A DNA stretch of 64,000 nt from Blepharisma stoltei ATCC 30299 (lineage: Eukaryota; Protista; Ciliophora): NCBI GenBank assembly GCA_965603825.1, contig CBFDEM010000012.1:186001-250000 (forward strand), read 5' to 3'. This document shows, piece after piece, positions 23,948-35,706 of the stretch. Below the pieces are notes generated by a model that searched no databases, had not been told where the DNA came from, and was given only the letters and a program-made list of their open reading frames with translations. The stretch's first letter is position 1; each line of letters opens with the position of its first letter. The position numbers and the translations under genes are program-made.

Positions 23948-25744
23948 CTACTGAATAATGCATTCCTTTCTAACTTCGATTTCTTTCAGAGAGTTAGTTT
24001 TGAGATTGAACTCTACAAGTTGATTTTCTCCTTTTATAAAATAGACGTTGCTCTTAAATCTTATGACATGAGAGCATAAAGGACTCCCAATAAGATTATT
24101 AGTATTAACTTTTTCCCATACTGTAAGGTCATTGATACCGCTTCGAAAGGTAAAGTCAGATGCTTCAATTACGATTACTCTATTATCTATTGAGAATATT
24201 GCTTTAGATGAGTAGAAATTTAGCTCAAGATTTCAAATATCCTTATAACAATCTTGACTTATATCATAGCTGACCATAGAATTTAGGTGTCTACAACTAT
24301 TAAAATATGGTCATAGAATGTTGAACAGCAAGACCATGTAAAATTTTTCTCAGGAAGAGGAGCACAGCTTTGTCAGCGATTAGTAGATAAAATGTACTTA
24401 GTTGATACTGGCTGATCAACTCCTCCTAATGCATAAATACAGTTTTCATGATAAACGAGCCCAACGCAATAAGTTGGTGCCCCATCTGCAACTTCTCTTA
24501 TAACTTTGTTTTTATCAACAATAAAAGCTTCACCTGTAATTCTATTACTAAGTCAATCTAGCCCTCCATAAAAAAAAGTTGATTGATCTATTGGTATATA
24601 TGCAGATCCATACGAATCAATTTTATGGCTTAAGTTACTGCTCTTTGAAAGTGTTTTTGAATTCAAGTTAAGTGTGATTAAATCGGTTGTGCTGTCTTTT
24701 ACATATACAAGTTCATCTGATTCAGATAGAGGGCTATATAAACCATTAAAATGAGTTGATGAAGGGATTTTATTAACTTTTACTTCTTCAATCCCTACTA
24801 AAAGTGTCTCATCTTCTTTTTCTTCCTCTTTACTACTTTCATCAGTATTTTTTAGCGTTAAATTCGATAAAGGATTGCTCTCCATCATACCGCATAAATA
24901 CTGTATCAAAACAGATTGAGATGGGATTTTAATGCGCAAGCTTGTCACTTTGCGAACCACAAAAGGCTGTGTTAAAATATCATTTATGGTTGGCCTCTCA
25001 CATTTTTCCTTCTTTAAGCACCAATCCACTAGATTTTTCAAGTCATTTGAATAATTTCTTATAGGTGCCTGCTCTTCCTCTTTCACTTTTTTCATATTTC
25101 CTTCAAAAGGGTGCTTAAGCATGCAGAGAAGATAAATTACGCAGCCAAGAGCCCATATGTCGCTCTCCTTAGATGGAGTAACCCCATCTCAAATTTCAGG
25201 TGAATAATAATGAGGAGTACCTCCAATAGAAGATGTTATAAGATATCTAGACAGCCCAAAGTCTCCTGTTTTGACATTCATATTTTCATCTAACAAAATA
25301 TTTTCTGGCTTGATATCTCTATGAATATAGCCATTTGAATGTAAGCATTCCAGCCCAAAACAAATTTGGATAAAATATTTCCATATCTCGTTTTCTTGAA
25401 ATACCTGATCACTTGATAGCTTGTCAGCAATATGCTTAAGCAGATCGTGCTGCTTGCAATAATCTATAATCATATAAACATTCATATTTTTCTCAACTTT
25501 TCTCTCTAAATGCAGCAGATATGGGTTATTTAGCACAGAAAGAATCCTAATTTCATTTTCTATATCTTTTCAGCTCTTGGAATCATCAGCCTTTTTCACT
25601 ACAATTTTCATAGCAAAAAGCTTATTGTCAGCTATATAAAATTTTACAAATTCTTTGCACTTTATAGACAACTCCAAAGAATCAAAAGTTTATAGTGTCA
25701 ATCACGTCAAAATTATCTGTTATTTCTTTTGGGAGATGTTGCAT
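23948..25744 (-). pseudogene. NEK-like kinase fused to Kelch-like propeller; frameshift near 24293 (pseudogene or sequence error); 16-nt intron 25632-25647
   Basis: FAMK, HRDIKPEN, DFG, GTPHYYSPE and SDIWALGC, then Kelch-like FFYGG and IYALGG. Premature TAA at 24283-24285, while a shifted frame stays open to TAG at 23948. Degenerate G-loop. Confidence 0.65.
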
Positions 25745-25875
25745 ATTTATTAATTTCCCGCTATTTTGAAGTAGGTTAATTAGCAAGTGAAGTAAATTGG
25801 CACTAAAGATTGGTATTAAATATTTCTGAATGAGGCTAATTAGGCTTCTCTTTAATTTATATACTCTTATTATGG

Positions 25876-26346
25876 TTAAAGGCGAATCGGGAAATCTTCA
25901 ATGTCTTCAGCCATGGGTTCGCTGCAAGGCACATTTTCAATCCCCTGGGCCCATATTTGAGGGTCATCTTTTATATTATCTTCAATCATTTCGTCTGACA
26001 GCTCTATGTCAGAATTTTGGCTGCTTTCAGCTTCATTAGGAATCTCATTTATATCCCCTTCAATCTTCCCATTAGAATCTCTTGATACAAGAATTGTTTT
26101 AAATATTGGGGTCCAATCCATCAGAAATGGGTTTTCATCTACCTTCGATTTTGAAATTACCTCGGGGTCTTTTTCTGAATTTTGGATTTTTGGCTTTCTG
26201 CCTCGCTTCCGTCTGATTAATGATGCCTCAATAGTTTTTTGGACAATGCGAGACAATTGAATGGGCGCCTTTTCATTCGACTCTTGGGCCCTAAGCAATT
26301 CTCCTCTGGTTACTCTCTTTTCAAGCCTGTCTGTTAGGAATTTCAT
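25876..26346 (-). CDS. Hypothetical nuclear protein with AT-hook-like RKRGRKPK and acidic tail
   Basis: 156-aa ATG-TAA ORF flanked by AT-rich spacers. Confidence 0.65.
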   Translation of the reverse strand: MKFLTDRLEKRVTRGELLRAQESNEKAPIQLSRIVQKTIEASLIRRKRGRKPKIQNSEKDPEVISKSKVDENPFLMDWTPIFKTILVSRDSNGKIEGDINEIPNEAESSQNSDIELSDEMIEDNIKDDPQIWAQGIENVPCSEPMAEDIEDFPIRL

Positions 26347-27038
26347 TTAATTAAGTTAAGATATGTGCGAAATTTGCATAAAATTAATTTCATTAAAAGA
26401 TATGATGAAAATTATAAGAAAGAAAAATTTGGCTAAATTCCAAGTAGGAAATATAGAGCACTTCTTCAAGAAATCATTGCTATTAGAATATAATTATTTT
26501 ATTATTTCATTGAAGTAATATTTTTTATGCTATATGGTGCCTAAATGAGTGTTTGGTATTAATTTAATGCTTTAAAGCTGACTTTTTAATTATTATTTTC
26601 AAAATGCTTAAAATAAAAAACAGTTTTAAGCTTAGGTATAGAATTTTCCTTCATCTAAGTAGCTAAAAGAGTGGTGAACATCTTAAATTTACAGTTTTTA
26701 TAAATATTAACTATTACTAATTTAATAGACACTAGAATTTGAAAATAGATATGCATATTTATGCAGTTTGCAATTTTTATTAGCAAGTCTCCATTATTTT
26801 AAATTTTTTAACAATCTATAAGTTTTTATAGCTTTATTTCATACCTAAACATCATGCTCTTATTATTCCATAAATATTCATAAATATTTGCTCGAAACAA
26901 TTTTAAATTTAAATATGGAGCTTAACCATTCCAAAGCCTGTTTGCTTGAAATCATTATGTTTTTGCTTTCTAAATAACCTAAGTTTTATATACATCTGAC
27001 CGTTAATCAAGATCATATAATAAATTAATTTTAAGAAT

Positions 27039-28337
27039 ATGAATTGCCATTCACTTGACTTAAATTCAAACAAAGAAAAAACTCCAAGAGTTATCGAAAA
27101 TAGGTCCAACTTTGTAGAAAGAGTCAATAAAGTAACAGCCACTCAGATTTTCCAAACTTCTAAAAAGCCTCTTTCTTCAGAAAGAGCATGCTCAGTTGAC
27201 AAAGAAAGATTTCAGTCACCTTTTTTCCAAAAGAAGATGGAAACTTTAAACAACACCTTGTGCGCTTTGAACTCTAAAATTACATCCACAAGGAATTCTA
27301 TTAAACGAGTAAATAAAATTGAGGTAGAACTGGCAGGATATAAATTGAATGAAATTATCAAAAAAATTAAAAAATTTGGGTTTGATTGCATTCGAAAAGA
27401 ATTATTGTTATATCATGAAGAAGAGATAACACGGAAAAATTCATATGTTTGTGATGTTAAGAAAACAGTTGAAGAATGCATGAAAAAGAATTTTAATTTA
27501 AACCAATTGATTGCTATGACAAAATGCAAAAACTGTGGCCATTGCGATTTAACACTGCTAACATCATCTACTAAACATAATCTTTCGCCAAGATTTATGG
27601 AAAAAATTACGCAGCTTCTGCCAGATTCTGATAATGCAATTGACAAAGAAAATATCAATCCGAACAAAGAGCCAAAAATTTCAAAAGTTTTCGATTCTTT
27701 CAGCAAAACAAATGATTTTGACTTAAATTCGTCAGCTGAAAGCACAAAGCAAATAAAAAGCCCAAACTTTACTAGTATCGATAAATATCGAAAAGTAGGC
27801 AAAGAAGTGAAAATTCCAAAACTCAATTTCAGCGGAATTGTGCCAATTAACACAAAATCAAAATCCCAAATATACACTAGAAATTCAGCAGAGTCTCAAA
27901 AAAATACTATAAATGACCAAAAATTAGAAAATGGCCTAAAAAAGTTCACAGAAACTTTAGAAAAAGTAGTCAATGAAAGGGTTCATCGAGGCTTTGACTT
28001 AATTTTCCTATCACGAGCTCGCAGAGAAACAGAAGAAAACCAATCTTTAACCTTTGAATTCAGCCCAGAAGAAAGTGCTATACTAAGCAACCGTCCTTCA
28101 ATGCTTACAGGTGCATTTGCAACAGAGCATACATTAAACGAAATTAGCTCAATAGAAAAGCAAGACAAAACTGACGACAGTTATGACATTTACCCCCAAG
28201 AAGACATAAGCCGCTCCAGTGTATATAAAAAGAGCTCAAACTTAGCAGTCTTTAAAATCCTGTTTTCAAGGCTTGACAAGTTATTCTATAGAAGAAAAGT
28301 TAGAGGTTTTTATTCTTTAATGGATACAATGTACTAG
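27039..28337 (+). CDS. Hypothetical protein
   Basis: 432-aa uninterrupted ORF, K/S/N-rich, no recognised domain. Confidence 0.75.
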   Translation: MNCHSLDLNSNKEKTPRVIENRSNFVERVNKVTATQIFQTSKKPLSSERACSVDKERFQSPFFQKKMETLNNTLCALNSKITSTRNSIKRVNKIEVELAGYKLNEIIKKIKKFGFDCIRKELLLYHEEEITRKNSYVCDVKKTVEECMKKNFNLNQLIAMTKCKNCGHCDLTLLTSSTKHNLSPRFMEKITQLLPDSDNAIDKENINPNKEPKISKVFDSFSKTNDFDLNSSAESTKQIKSPNFTSIDKYRKVGKEVKIPKLNFSGIVPINTKSKSQIYTRNSAESQKNTINDQKLENGLKKFTETLEKVVNERVHRGFDLIFLSRARRETEENQSLTFEFSPEESAILSNRPSMLTGAFATEHTLNEISSIEKQDKTDDSYDIYPQEDISRSSVYKKSSNLAVFKILFSRLDKLFYRRKVRGFYSLMDTMY

Positions 28338-28487
28338 AAGTCCTTAATTTTATAAATCCTCCTATTAATTTAACAAGGTATTGAGAAATATTATAATAGC
28401 AGACAAAATGAAAAATAAGCTTTAATTTATAGGATTTTTTAACTCATCTATTTGCATAAATTCTAACAACTAAATCAATTCCATATT

Positions 28488-29093
28488 ATGTTCAAGAAAG
28501 AAGTGGTGGTAGATGGCAGAGGACACCTCCTTGGACGCCTTGCTTCAATCATCGCAAAAGAGCTTCTTGCTGGCCAACATATCACAGTTGTTCGTTGCGA
28601 TGAGCTCAACGTGACAGGACATATGGCTTTAAACCGCATCAAGTACATGACTTACCTCCGCAAGAGAATGAATACAAATCCAAAGCGTGGCCCTTTCCAC
28701 TTCAAGTCCCCTGCAATGATGTTCCTGAAAGCTGTAAGAGGAATGGTTCCAAGAAAAACTCCTATTGGACAAGCTGCACTTGACAGGCTTAAAGCTTTTG
28801 ACGGCGTTCCTCATCCTTATGACACTAAAAAGAAAATGGTCGTCCCTGATGCCCTGAGAGTCTTAAAACTAGGACCTACCAGAAAATACACTGTGCTCGG
28901 AGAATTAGCTGCTAAGATTGGATGGAAACACAAGGAACTGATTGATAAACTGGAAAATAAGAGAAAAGAAAGAGCGAAAGGTTGGTACCAGACTAAGCTC
29001 GATAAACAAGAAGCAAAAGCTCAGGCTGCTGATAGGCTTAAAGATGGACCTTTAGCTGGAGTCTTGCAAAATTTAGAAGCTCTTGGGCATTAA
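28488..29093 (+). CDS. RPL13A: 60S ribosomal protein uL13
   Basis: DGRGHLLGRLAS, NPKRGPFHFKSP, VRGMVPRKT. Confidence 0.97.
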   Translation: MFKKEVVVDGRGHLLGRLASIIAKELLAGQHITVVRCDELNVTGHMALNRIKYMTYLRKRMNTNPKRGPFHFKSPAMMFLKAVRGMVPRKTPIGQAALDRLKAFDGVPHPYDTKKKMVVPDALRVLKLGPTRKYTVLGELAAKIGWKHKELIDKLENKRKERAKGWYQTKLDKQEAKAQAADRLKDGPLAGVLQNLEALGH

Positions 29094-29203
29094 GCTAATT
29101 CTTTATCTTAAATTCGTTAAGCTTTATGAGGTTTTTGATTATTAGGTTGTGGTAAAAATAGATTGATTACAGGTAAATAAATTATAAAGCTAAATCAATT
29201 ATT

Positions 29204-29809
29204 TTATGCGCAGCAATTACTTTTTTTGATACTTTTCCCATCTTTTACTTTAGTAGCCCCTCCCACCCCTTTCATAGGCTCACTTGTGCTTACCTGCGTC
29301 AGCATGCTTCTCGTCAAGGTTTCAAATGCTAACCTAACATTTTGGCTATTCTTAGCTGACGTTTCTATATAACTCATCGACAACCTGTCCGCCAGTTCCT
29401 GAGCTTCAGCCAATTTAACTGTTCTTTGTGAGGCTAAATCCAATTTGTTCCCAACAAGTAATTTGGGTGTTGACGACTGAAGATGGTTCAAGGTTTCATT
29501 GTACCAGTTTTTGATGTTTTGGAAGCTGGCCTGATTTGTTATATCATACATCAAAATGACTCCTTGGGCGCCTCTGTAGTAAGACGCAACGATGTTTCTA
29601 AAGCGGTCTTGGCCAGCTGTGTCCCAAAGCTGAAGCTTGATCACCTTGCCTTGCAATTCCATGGTGGAAATTTTAAAGTCGACACCAATTGTGGTTTGGA
29701 ACTCAGGGTTATAAGTGTCATCTACATATCTCAAGAGAACTGAAGTTTTCCCAACTGAGCTGTCGCCGATCAAAAGCACTTTCATCAAGTAATCGTAGTC
29801 CTGTTCCAT
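29204..29809 (-). CDS. Rab GTPase, Rab1/Rab8-like
   Basis: YDYLMKVLLIGDSSVGKT, TIGVDF, WDTAGQ, NKLD, ETSAK, C-terminal CCA. Confidence 0.93.
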   Translation of the reverse strand: MEQDYDYLMKVLLIGDSSVGKTSVLLRYVDDTYNPEFQTTIGVDFKISTMELQGKVIKLQLWDTAGQDRFRNIVASYYRGAQGVILMYDITNQASFQNIKNWYNETLNHLQSSTPKLLVGNKLDLASQRTVKLAEAQELADRLSMSYIETSAKNSQNVRLAFETLTRSMLTQVSTSEPMKGVGGATKVKDGKSIKKSNCCA

Positions 29810-30019
29810 CTTATTGAATTATTATCATTACTTGAATAATTAAACAATTTTATTTGTTGACTAATTCTATTTGATTGTTTTAATGTTTTTAATTAGATAT
29901 TAAAATAAGCTTTAGATATAATAGCCTACTTTTAATAATAAAACTAGAATCTAATAAATAAAAAGAATAGTCACAGTCGATTAGTAGATATTCCTATTCT
30001 TTTAGCATAATTATAACAA

Positions 30020-30724
30020 TTAACTATATTCCCTATCTTTTATTAAACACTCTTTCCACACCTTATAATGAGAAGTCTGCTTCCACATATGATAAAACTG
30101 AGTCACCTCTTGATAAGTCTTGGAAAACTTCAGCAGCTTCTCTATTACTTTAAACTCTTTCCCAAAGCTGCAAAGCCCACATTCAAACACTGCAACTTGC
30201 ATGGGACTCCATAATTCTGCATATCATTTACCAAACGAAAATTCTTGCCTTAAAGGTGATAATAAAAATGCAAGCGGATCCATCTGCAGGATATTTCGCG
30301 GACGCTTTCCAGGCCTATACGCAGCTGCTGTGGCAGGTTCTGATTTCTTGGATACATAAGGATCTCCATAATACATCATAGTAATTGATGCTAAATAGTT
30401 CTCAAAAGCTTGCAAATACTTCCCCGCTAGGACTTTGGTTTTTTTCATTCCTACTGTATTTTTCTCTTGGGAATAAAAATCAGGTGTTTGAGACGCTAGC
30501 CACCTGCGAGAGGCCTTTCGGAAGATCAATGGAGAAATGGTTTTGAAAGGAATTGCTGTTCAATCTCCAGGATCACTATATCAATTTTACCTGCTTGAGG
30601 CGCCTTCGTCGTCGTTGCTGCTTCAGTCAATTAAATCTAGAAGGTCTCGCTGGGGTTCTGTGTCTTCATTGAGTGGCGATTCCCCGTTTTCGATGATTTT
30701 CTCTTCGATTTGAGTTGAAGTCAT
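30020..30724 (-). CDS. SANT/Myb-domain protein, MIER/MTA-like SANT (intron 30576-30590)
   Basis: Joined via TGA=Trp and one 15-nt intron; WSPMQVAVFECGLCSFGKEF...KTYQEVTQFYHMWK. Confidence 0.8.
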
Positions 30725-31205
30725 GATATATCAGGGATTTTAATATATGTAAATGGAAGAAAAGGATTGGTAATTTAATTCTTACTGGTGTAAATTAATA
30801 TAAGTTTTGCTTAAAGCGATTTCTTGGAGAGCGAGGAAAGAGTTTGAATAATGAGATAATAAAATAGAAAAATTATGAGAGTCCTTGATTGGCATAATGA
30901 GAAAATTAAGAGGAATTGTTTTAAGGAGGGATGTTTGGTGATAGATAGAGGAAATAGAAGGATAAGGTATCATAAAAATAATATTTTATTGAAAAAGCGG
31001 AAATTAAGCCAAATTTTACTATTTCCCAATGATTAGAATAAAAATCCAAATTCAAAAAAAATCCAGATTAGCAATGCCACCAGGGATCAGCAAAAGATAG
31101 CATATCTGTGGAAGCGAAATAATAGCGATACCTTCAATATGACTTAGATTGAGCATAAAGATTTCAACGAAAAATTTTAGTCCCTTTATGTTTTAAATTG
31201 ATCTC

Positions 31206-31262
31206 ACTGTAGACCACTCTGAAATAAGGCCAGGGTGGCCTTATCTCAGAGTGGTCTACAGT
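31206..31262. repeat. 57-nt near-perfect palindrome (27-bp arms, one mismatch, GGG loop)
   Basis: ACTGTAGACCACTCTGAAATAAGGCCA-GGG-TGGCCTTATCTCAGAGTGGTCTACAGT. Confidence 0.95.
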
Positions 31263-31647
31263 CAGCATAATTTCAATTCCAATCTATTTTGATTGCAACC
31301 AAAAAGCTGATTTAAGAATGCTTCAGTCGAAAGTTCAAAAATCTTAAAGGTCTGTCTACCTTAAAAAACTATAAAAATTCCTCTCTTTTCTAGCGAAGAG
31401 CTTAAAATCTTCTAATTATTTTACAAAGATTCCTTTATTTCAATTAATAAATTCCTTACTCTTAATTTTCATTAAAAATTATAAGTATAAACTTTTTCTT
31501 TAAACTTACCTTAGAATCGTTAATCATTAACTGACCGCACTAGTATTAATTCTAAGAAGAAATTCAAATAGTTCATTCTTATATCACCCATCTCCAATAG
31601 CCGATAATATCTATTAAATTCCAATTCGATTTGTTCTTATAATTTAA

Positions 31648-32781
31648 ATGAGCATACCTCGAACTCATTCTCGTTCAGGATCACGAGCTAACGAACTGAG
31701 CCATAGCATGAAATCAAAATCCCAATCAAACAAAACCACTTTTGACTGTGCAGGCACTTCATTTACTGTTGATTCCCACTATCAGTTCATAAAACAGATT
31801 GGCCATGGAGCATATGGCGTTGTAGTAAGTGCATTGGATAAACGCACAAATACAAAAGTCGCAATTAAAAAAATCCCAAAAGCTTTTGAAGACCTTATCG
31901 ACGCTAAAAGAATATTACGAGAAATTAAGCTACTTAACTATTTGGATCACGAAAACATCATTTCGATACTTGATGTTCAAAAACCTCCAGCTCGAACTGG
32001 GTATGAAGACATCTATATTATTACTGATTTGATGGAGACTGATTTGCATCGTGTTATATACTCTATGCAGGAGCTCAGTGATGAGCACATCCAGTATTTC
32101 ATGTATCAAATGCTAAGAGGGCTACTTTATATGCACTCAGGAGGGGTAATCCATAGAGACTTAAAACCAAGCAATTTATTGCTAAATAAGAACTGTGACC
32201 TCAAAATATGTGATTTGGGCCTTGCTAGAGGCTATGACAATGAGAGAGACGATAATTTGACTGAATATGTAGTCACAAGGTGGTATAGGGCTCCAGAAGT
32301 CATTTTAAATGCTAGTCACTATACGAAAGCATTAGATGTATGAAGTGTTGGATGTGTTTTTGCAGAGCTTTTAGGAAGATCTCCTTTATTTCCTGGAGAA
32401 GATTACTTAGATCAAGTCCAAAGGATTATTGCAGTATTAGGAATCCCAAGCCAAGAAGATATGGCTTTTATAGGAAATGAGTCAGCTAAAAGATTTATTA
32501 AAGGCTTGCCAAAGAGACAAAGAGTCCCGTGGTCTACTTTATATGCCAAAGCAAATCCAATAGCCTTAGATTTGCTTAATAAAATGCTGGTTTTCAACCC
32601 AAATAAGAGATTTACAGTCGAAGAGTGCTTAAGTCACCCATACTTTGAAGGTCTTCATAATTCAGAAGAGGAGCCAACTGCTCCAGTTCAATTTGATTGG
32701 TCATTCGATGATTTTACTCCTACCAAGCCTTTGCTGCAAAGTATGGTCTATGAGGAGTCTTTGAAATATCATCCTCTGTAG
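31648..32781 (+). CDS. Mitogen-activated protein kinase (TEY type)
   Basis: GHGAYGVV, HRDLKPSN, LTEYVVTRWYRAPE, DV[TGA=W]SVGC. Confidence 0.95.
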
Positions 32782-33061
32782 TTTTACAGGCTTAATATAT
32801 AAATTCTTTATTCGTTTAAGATTATATCATTATTTTAACATATACGTTAATTATCTTACATGCATTTTTATAATTAGCAATGAGCATTATAAAATAGATC
32901 TTAATAGTGACATTAAATTAATATTTATCAAGAATAGTTGTAATGCAGTTTAATTACAGTCTTAATTAGCTCTTATCTTATTGTCGCTCTCATAAATATT
33001 CAAATTTGACTTAAGGGTACTTATAAAAATTCTGATCATTTCTATATAAATTTTACTAGAT

Positions 33062-33715
33062 ATGAATTTAAATCCTTTTAATTGTCAAGAATGCAGCCTA
33101 AAATTTGACTCAGAAAACAGATTGCCTCTTGTGTTGCCATGCGGAGACTCTCTCTGCATGGTATGTGCTGTGCAGCTCTGTAATTTCTCTTCAAGTCGAA
33201 AAATGTGTAAAAAGTGCCATCAACCATATGAACTTTCACTACAAAAAATTAAAGACATGCCAAAAAACAAAGCTTTATTAGATCTTTTACTTTTGAATAT
33301 ACAAATTATTCCACAGGCAATAAAGCAGAGAAATGAATTTATTTTAAGCACACCAACACGAAAGTTTCAAAGCCCGTTATCTTTTGATGAGCGTCATTCA
33401 TTTACCCCAGATACTTATTCAAGGATTGCTTTTGAAGGCACTCCTGAAAGAAGCTATATAAGAACAAATCTTTTTGCATCAAAGGATAGGCAAAGCAAAG
33501 AAGAAAATAAAGAGGTAGAAAAAATTTCGAAATTTAAAGTGAAAACTGAAGAAGAGCCTGAAATAAAAAGTGAAACACCAGAGATTACAAATGAAAATTT
33601 AAGCCAAAAATGCTTAAGAGAAAACTGTGAAAATAAAAAATCCTGCAATGAAGGGAAAATTTTTAATTACTGTAGCTTAAATTGCTATAATTTGGACAAG
33701 GCTGTTTTCAGTTAG
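33062..33715 (+). CDS. RING-finger protein
   Basis: CQEC...PLVLPCGDSLCMVC...CKKC...PKNKAL; C-terminal Cys cluster. Confidence 0.75.
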   Translation: MNLNPFNCQECSLKFDSENRLPLVLPCGDSLCMVCAVQLCNFSSSRKMCKKCHQPYELSLQKIKDMPKNKALLDLLLLNIQIIPQAIKQRNEFILSTPTRKFQSPLSFDERHSFTPDTYSRIAFEGTPERSYIRTNLFASKDRQSKEENKEVEKISKFKVKTEEEPEIKSETPEITNENLSQKCLRENCENKKSCNEGKIFNYCSLNCYNLDKAVFS

Positions 33716-33938
33716 TCACCAAAAGAATCTGAAGCTTCAGATTCTTATAACAAAAATTATATAATTTTTATTAACCCACCCCAATATATCTACTAATAAT
33801 CGCTTAATTTTCATTATTCCAGAATTTTTTTCATTCTTGCACTGATTTAATAAACTAAATAGGGAATTTACGCGTCTTAAAATATCAAATAGTAAATTTT
33901 CAGCTCTAAAAATCTTTGTTTCCAAAAGCACTTAATAA

Positions 33939-34328
33939 ATGGTGTTTACAAGAGGATCCAACTTAGTAGGTCCTGAGAACAGAGACGAGAGAGGAGCTTA
34001 TGAAGAGCTTGAAGACAGAGTCAAAAAATACATGAAGATGCCTGATGACGAATGGAAAGAACTTTATGATAGGATGTACCATGACAGGAAATATCCAGGC
34101 CAAAACCACCTTAAATTGGCATTGGTTTCTTCTGTAGGCTATGCCGGGTTTATGGCAACTTTTTCTTATACTATCTATTTAAGAAGACATGCTTTCTTTA
34201 AGTATCCTTTAAATCCAGTAATGTTGGTGGCCATCCCTGTATTTGGAATGCTAGCTCTTAAAAATTTTGATGTTGCAAGTGATATCATAAGATACAGAAA
34301 AAGGTACCCAGAGATGTACCAGGGATAA
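33939..34328 (+). CDS. Small two-TM membrane protein, uncharacterised
   Basis: 129-aa ORF with two hydrophobic segments and GC-richer coding composition. Confidence 0.75.
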   Translation: MVFTRGSNLVGPENRDERGAYEELEDRVKKYMKMPDDEWKELYDRMYHDRKYPGQNHLKLALVSSVGYAGFMATFSYTIYLRRHAFFKYPLNPVMLVAIPVFGMLALKNFDVASDIIRYRKRYPEMYQG

Positions 34329-34659
34329 TAATAATAAAGCTAAACTTGGCTTTTAAAAATGATTTTTATTGTTGCTGACAACGGCTCTTATGCGTAATAT
34401 TTCTCCATTTTATAGCTAATCTGCTAAGTGCTATTCTTTATTCTATTTATTTATGGAAAATAGAGTAAATCTAACTAAAATAGAAAATTTTATTAATATC
34501 AATGAGCAGATGAATCAGCCATTTATGAGCATATAAGTTACTTTAAAATTTTTCTGTTTAGATATATAATCCCTATAATCATAAACCAAATAAAATATCC
34601 AGGGAAATATCACATGTTTCCACTAACTGAGACATATTTTATCTATGTTTTAAAGCATA

Positions 34660-35445
34660 TTAAATTATAGAGCATATATGGCAGCAAGCTGACTTTGAAT
34701 TGTTTTCAAAAGACAGCTCATTAATTTCATTAAATGTCTGTGTATATTCCTCTTTTAAATTTTTCTCTTTATCTATTGCGTTTACAAATGTAAAATTTTC
34801 ATTGGCATTATTAAAAATTGAACGTTGTAATTCATTAATTAATTCTGCAGCTTTTACGCTGCTAATGCCTTCTAGTGAATCTTCTTTCGGAGTTTTATTT
34901 ATTTGCTTTACTTTGTTTCCATTTTTATTTAAAGCAATGTCCATTGCCAATTTCATATTCGAAAGCCTTTCTTTTGTTACGTTTGTTTCAGCCGCAACAC
35001 AATTTGCGCTATTTTTTAATTCTGATATGCTATTTTTATAATTCAAAATTTCAGAAATTTTTCGCATGTTTTTTTTTACGTTTCCTGAGTTTATATATTT
35101 GAGTTCCTTGATTTTTTCTCCTATAGATTGGGCTAAATATTGGTTTTTTCGCTTAATTTTTTCGATAGAGTCAAATGATATAATACTATCAAAATTATTT
35201 GACTCAGAACTCTCAATCATTGGATCTTCATCGCTAGTATTATGTAAAAGAACTGATATCTGTAGGGTCTTTGAGTTTTCTTCTAACTGCTCACAATCTA
35301 ATTGAGAATCAATTTTATATCCTTGGAAATCCAAGTTTTCAGGGCTCTTGCTGGCCATTTTATAACTTTCATTTGAGTAATTAAGTGCACTGCTAGAAGA
35401 TTCGTTTAATTTTCCTTCCATGACCGATATTGTTTGAGTTTTCAT
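34660..35445 (-). CDS. Hypothetical protein with C-terminal CaaX (CCHICSII)
   Basis: First in-frame ATG at 35445; ends in a Cys cluster plus CaaX. Confidence 0.65.
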   Translation of the reverse strand: MKTQTISVMEGKLNESSSSALNYSNESYKMASKSPENLDFQGYKIDSQLDCEQLEENSKTLQISVLLHNTSDEDPMIESSESNNFDSIISFDSIEKIKRKNQYLAQSIGEKIKELKYINSGNVKKNMRKISEILNYKNSISELKNSANCVAAETNVTKERLSNMKLAMDIALNKNGNKVKQINKTPKEDSLEGISSVKAAELINELQRSIFNNANENFTFVNAIDKEKNLKEEYTQTFNEINELSFENNSKSACCHICSII

Positions 35446-35611
35446 TATAAATTGCCTTTTTTTATACAGTAAATATGGGGAAATTAAGATATTCAACGGA
35501 ATTACATTCTCCTTCAATTAATTTTAAGGTATTTTCACTTACGCTCAGACGTTATATAAGGCTTAAGATTATAGCTCTTAATGCTATTAATAATATAAAT
35601 AGATAATTTTC

Positions 35612-35706
35612 CTCTATTTTTGTTAATTTACTTAATTACTTACTCTATTCTTTGTTAATTTACTTAATTACTTACTCTATTCTTTGTTAATTTACTTAAT
35701 TACTTA
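35612..35706. repeat. Tandem triplication of a 32-nt unit containing the monooxygenase stop codon and 3' flank
   Basis: CTCTATTCTTTGTTAATTTACTTAATTACTTA at 35643-35674 and 35675-35706, plus a 31-nt variant at 35612-35642. Confidence 0.92.

Noticed and set aside
24283-24294. Euplotes-type programmed +1 frameshift
   Set aside because: The site is ACC-TAA and needs a -1 correction, not the AAA-TAR +1 pattern.
27308-27322. Possible 15-nt intron GTAAATAAAATTGAG
   Set aside because: It ends in GAG rather than YAG and is not needed for the frame.
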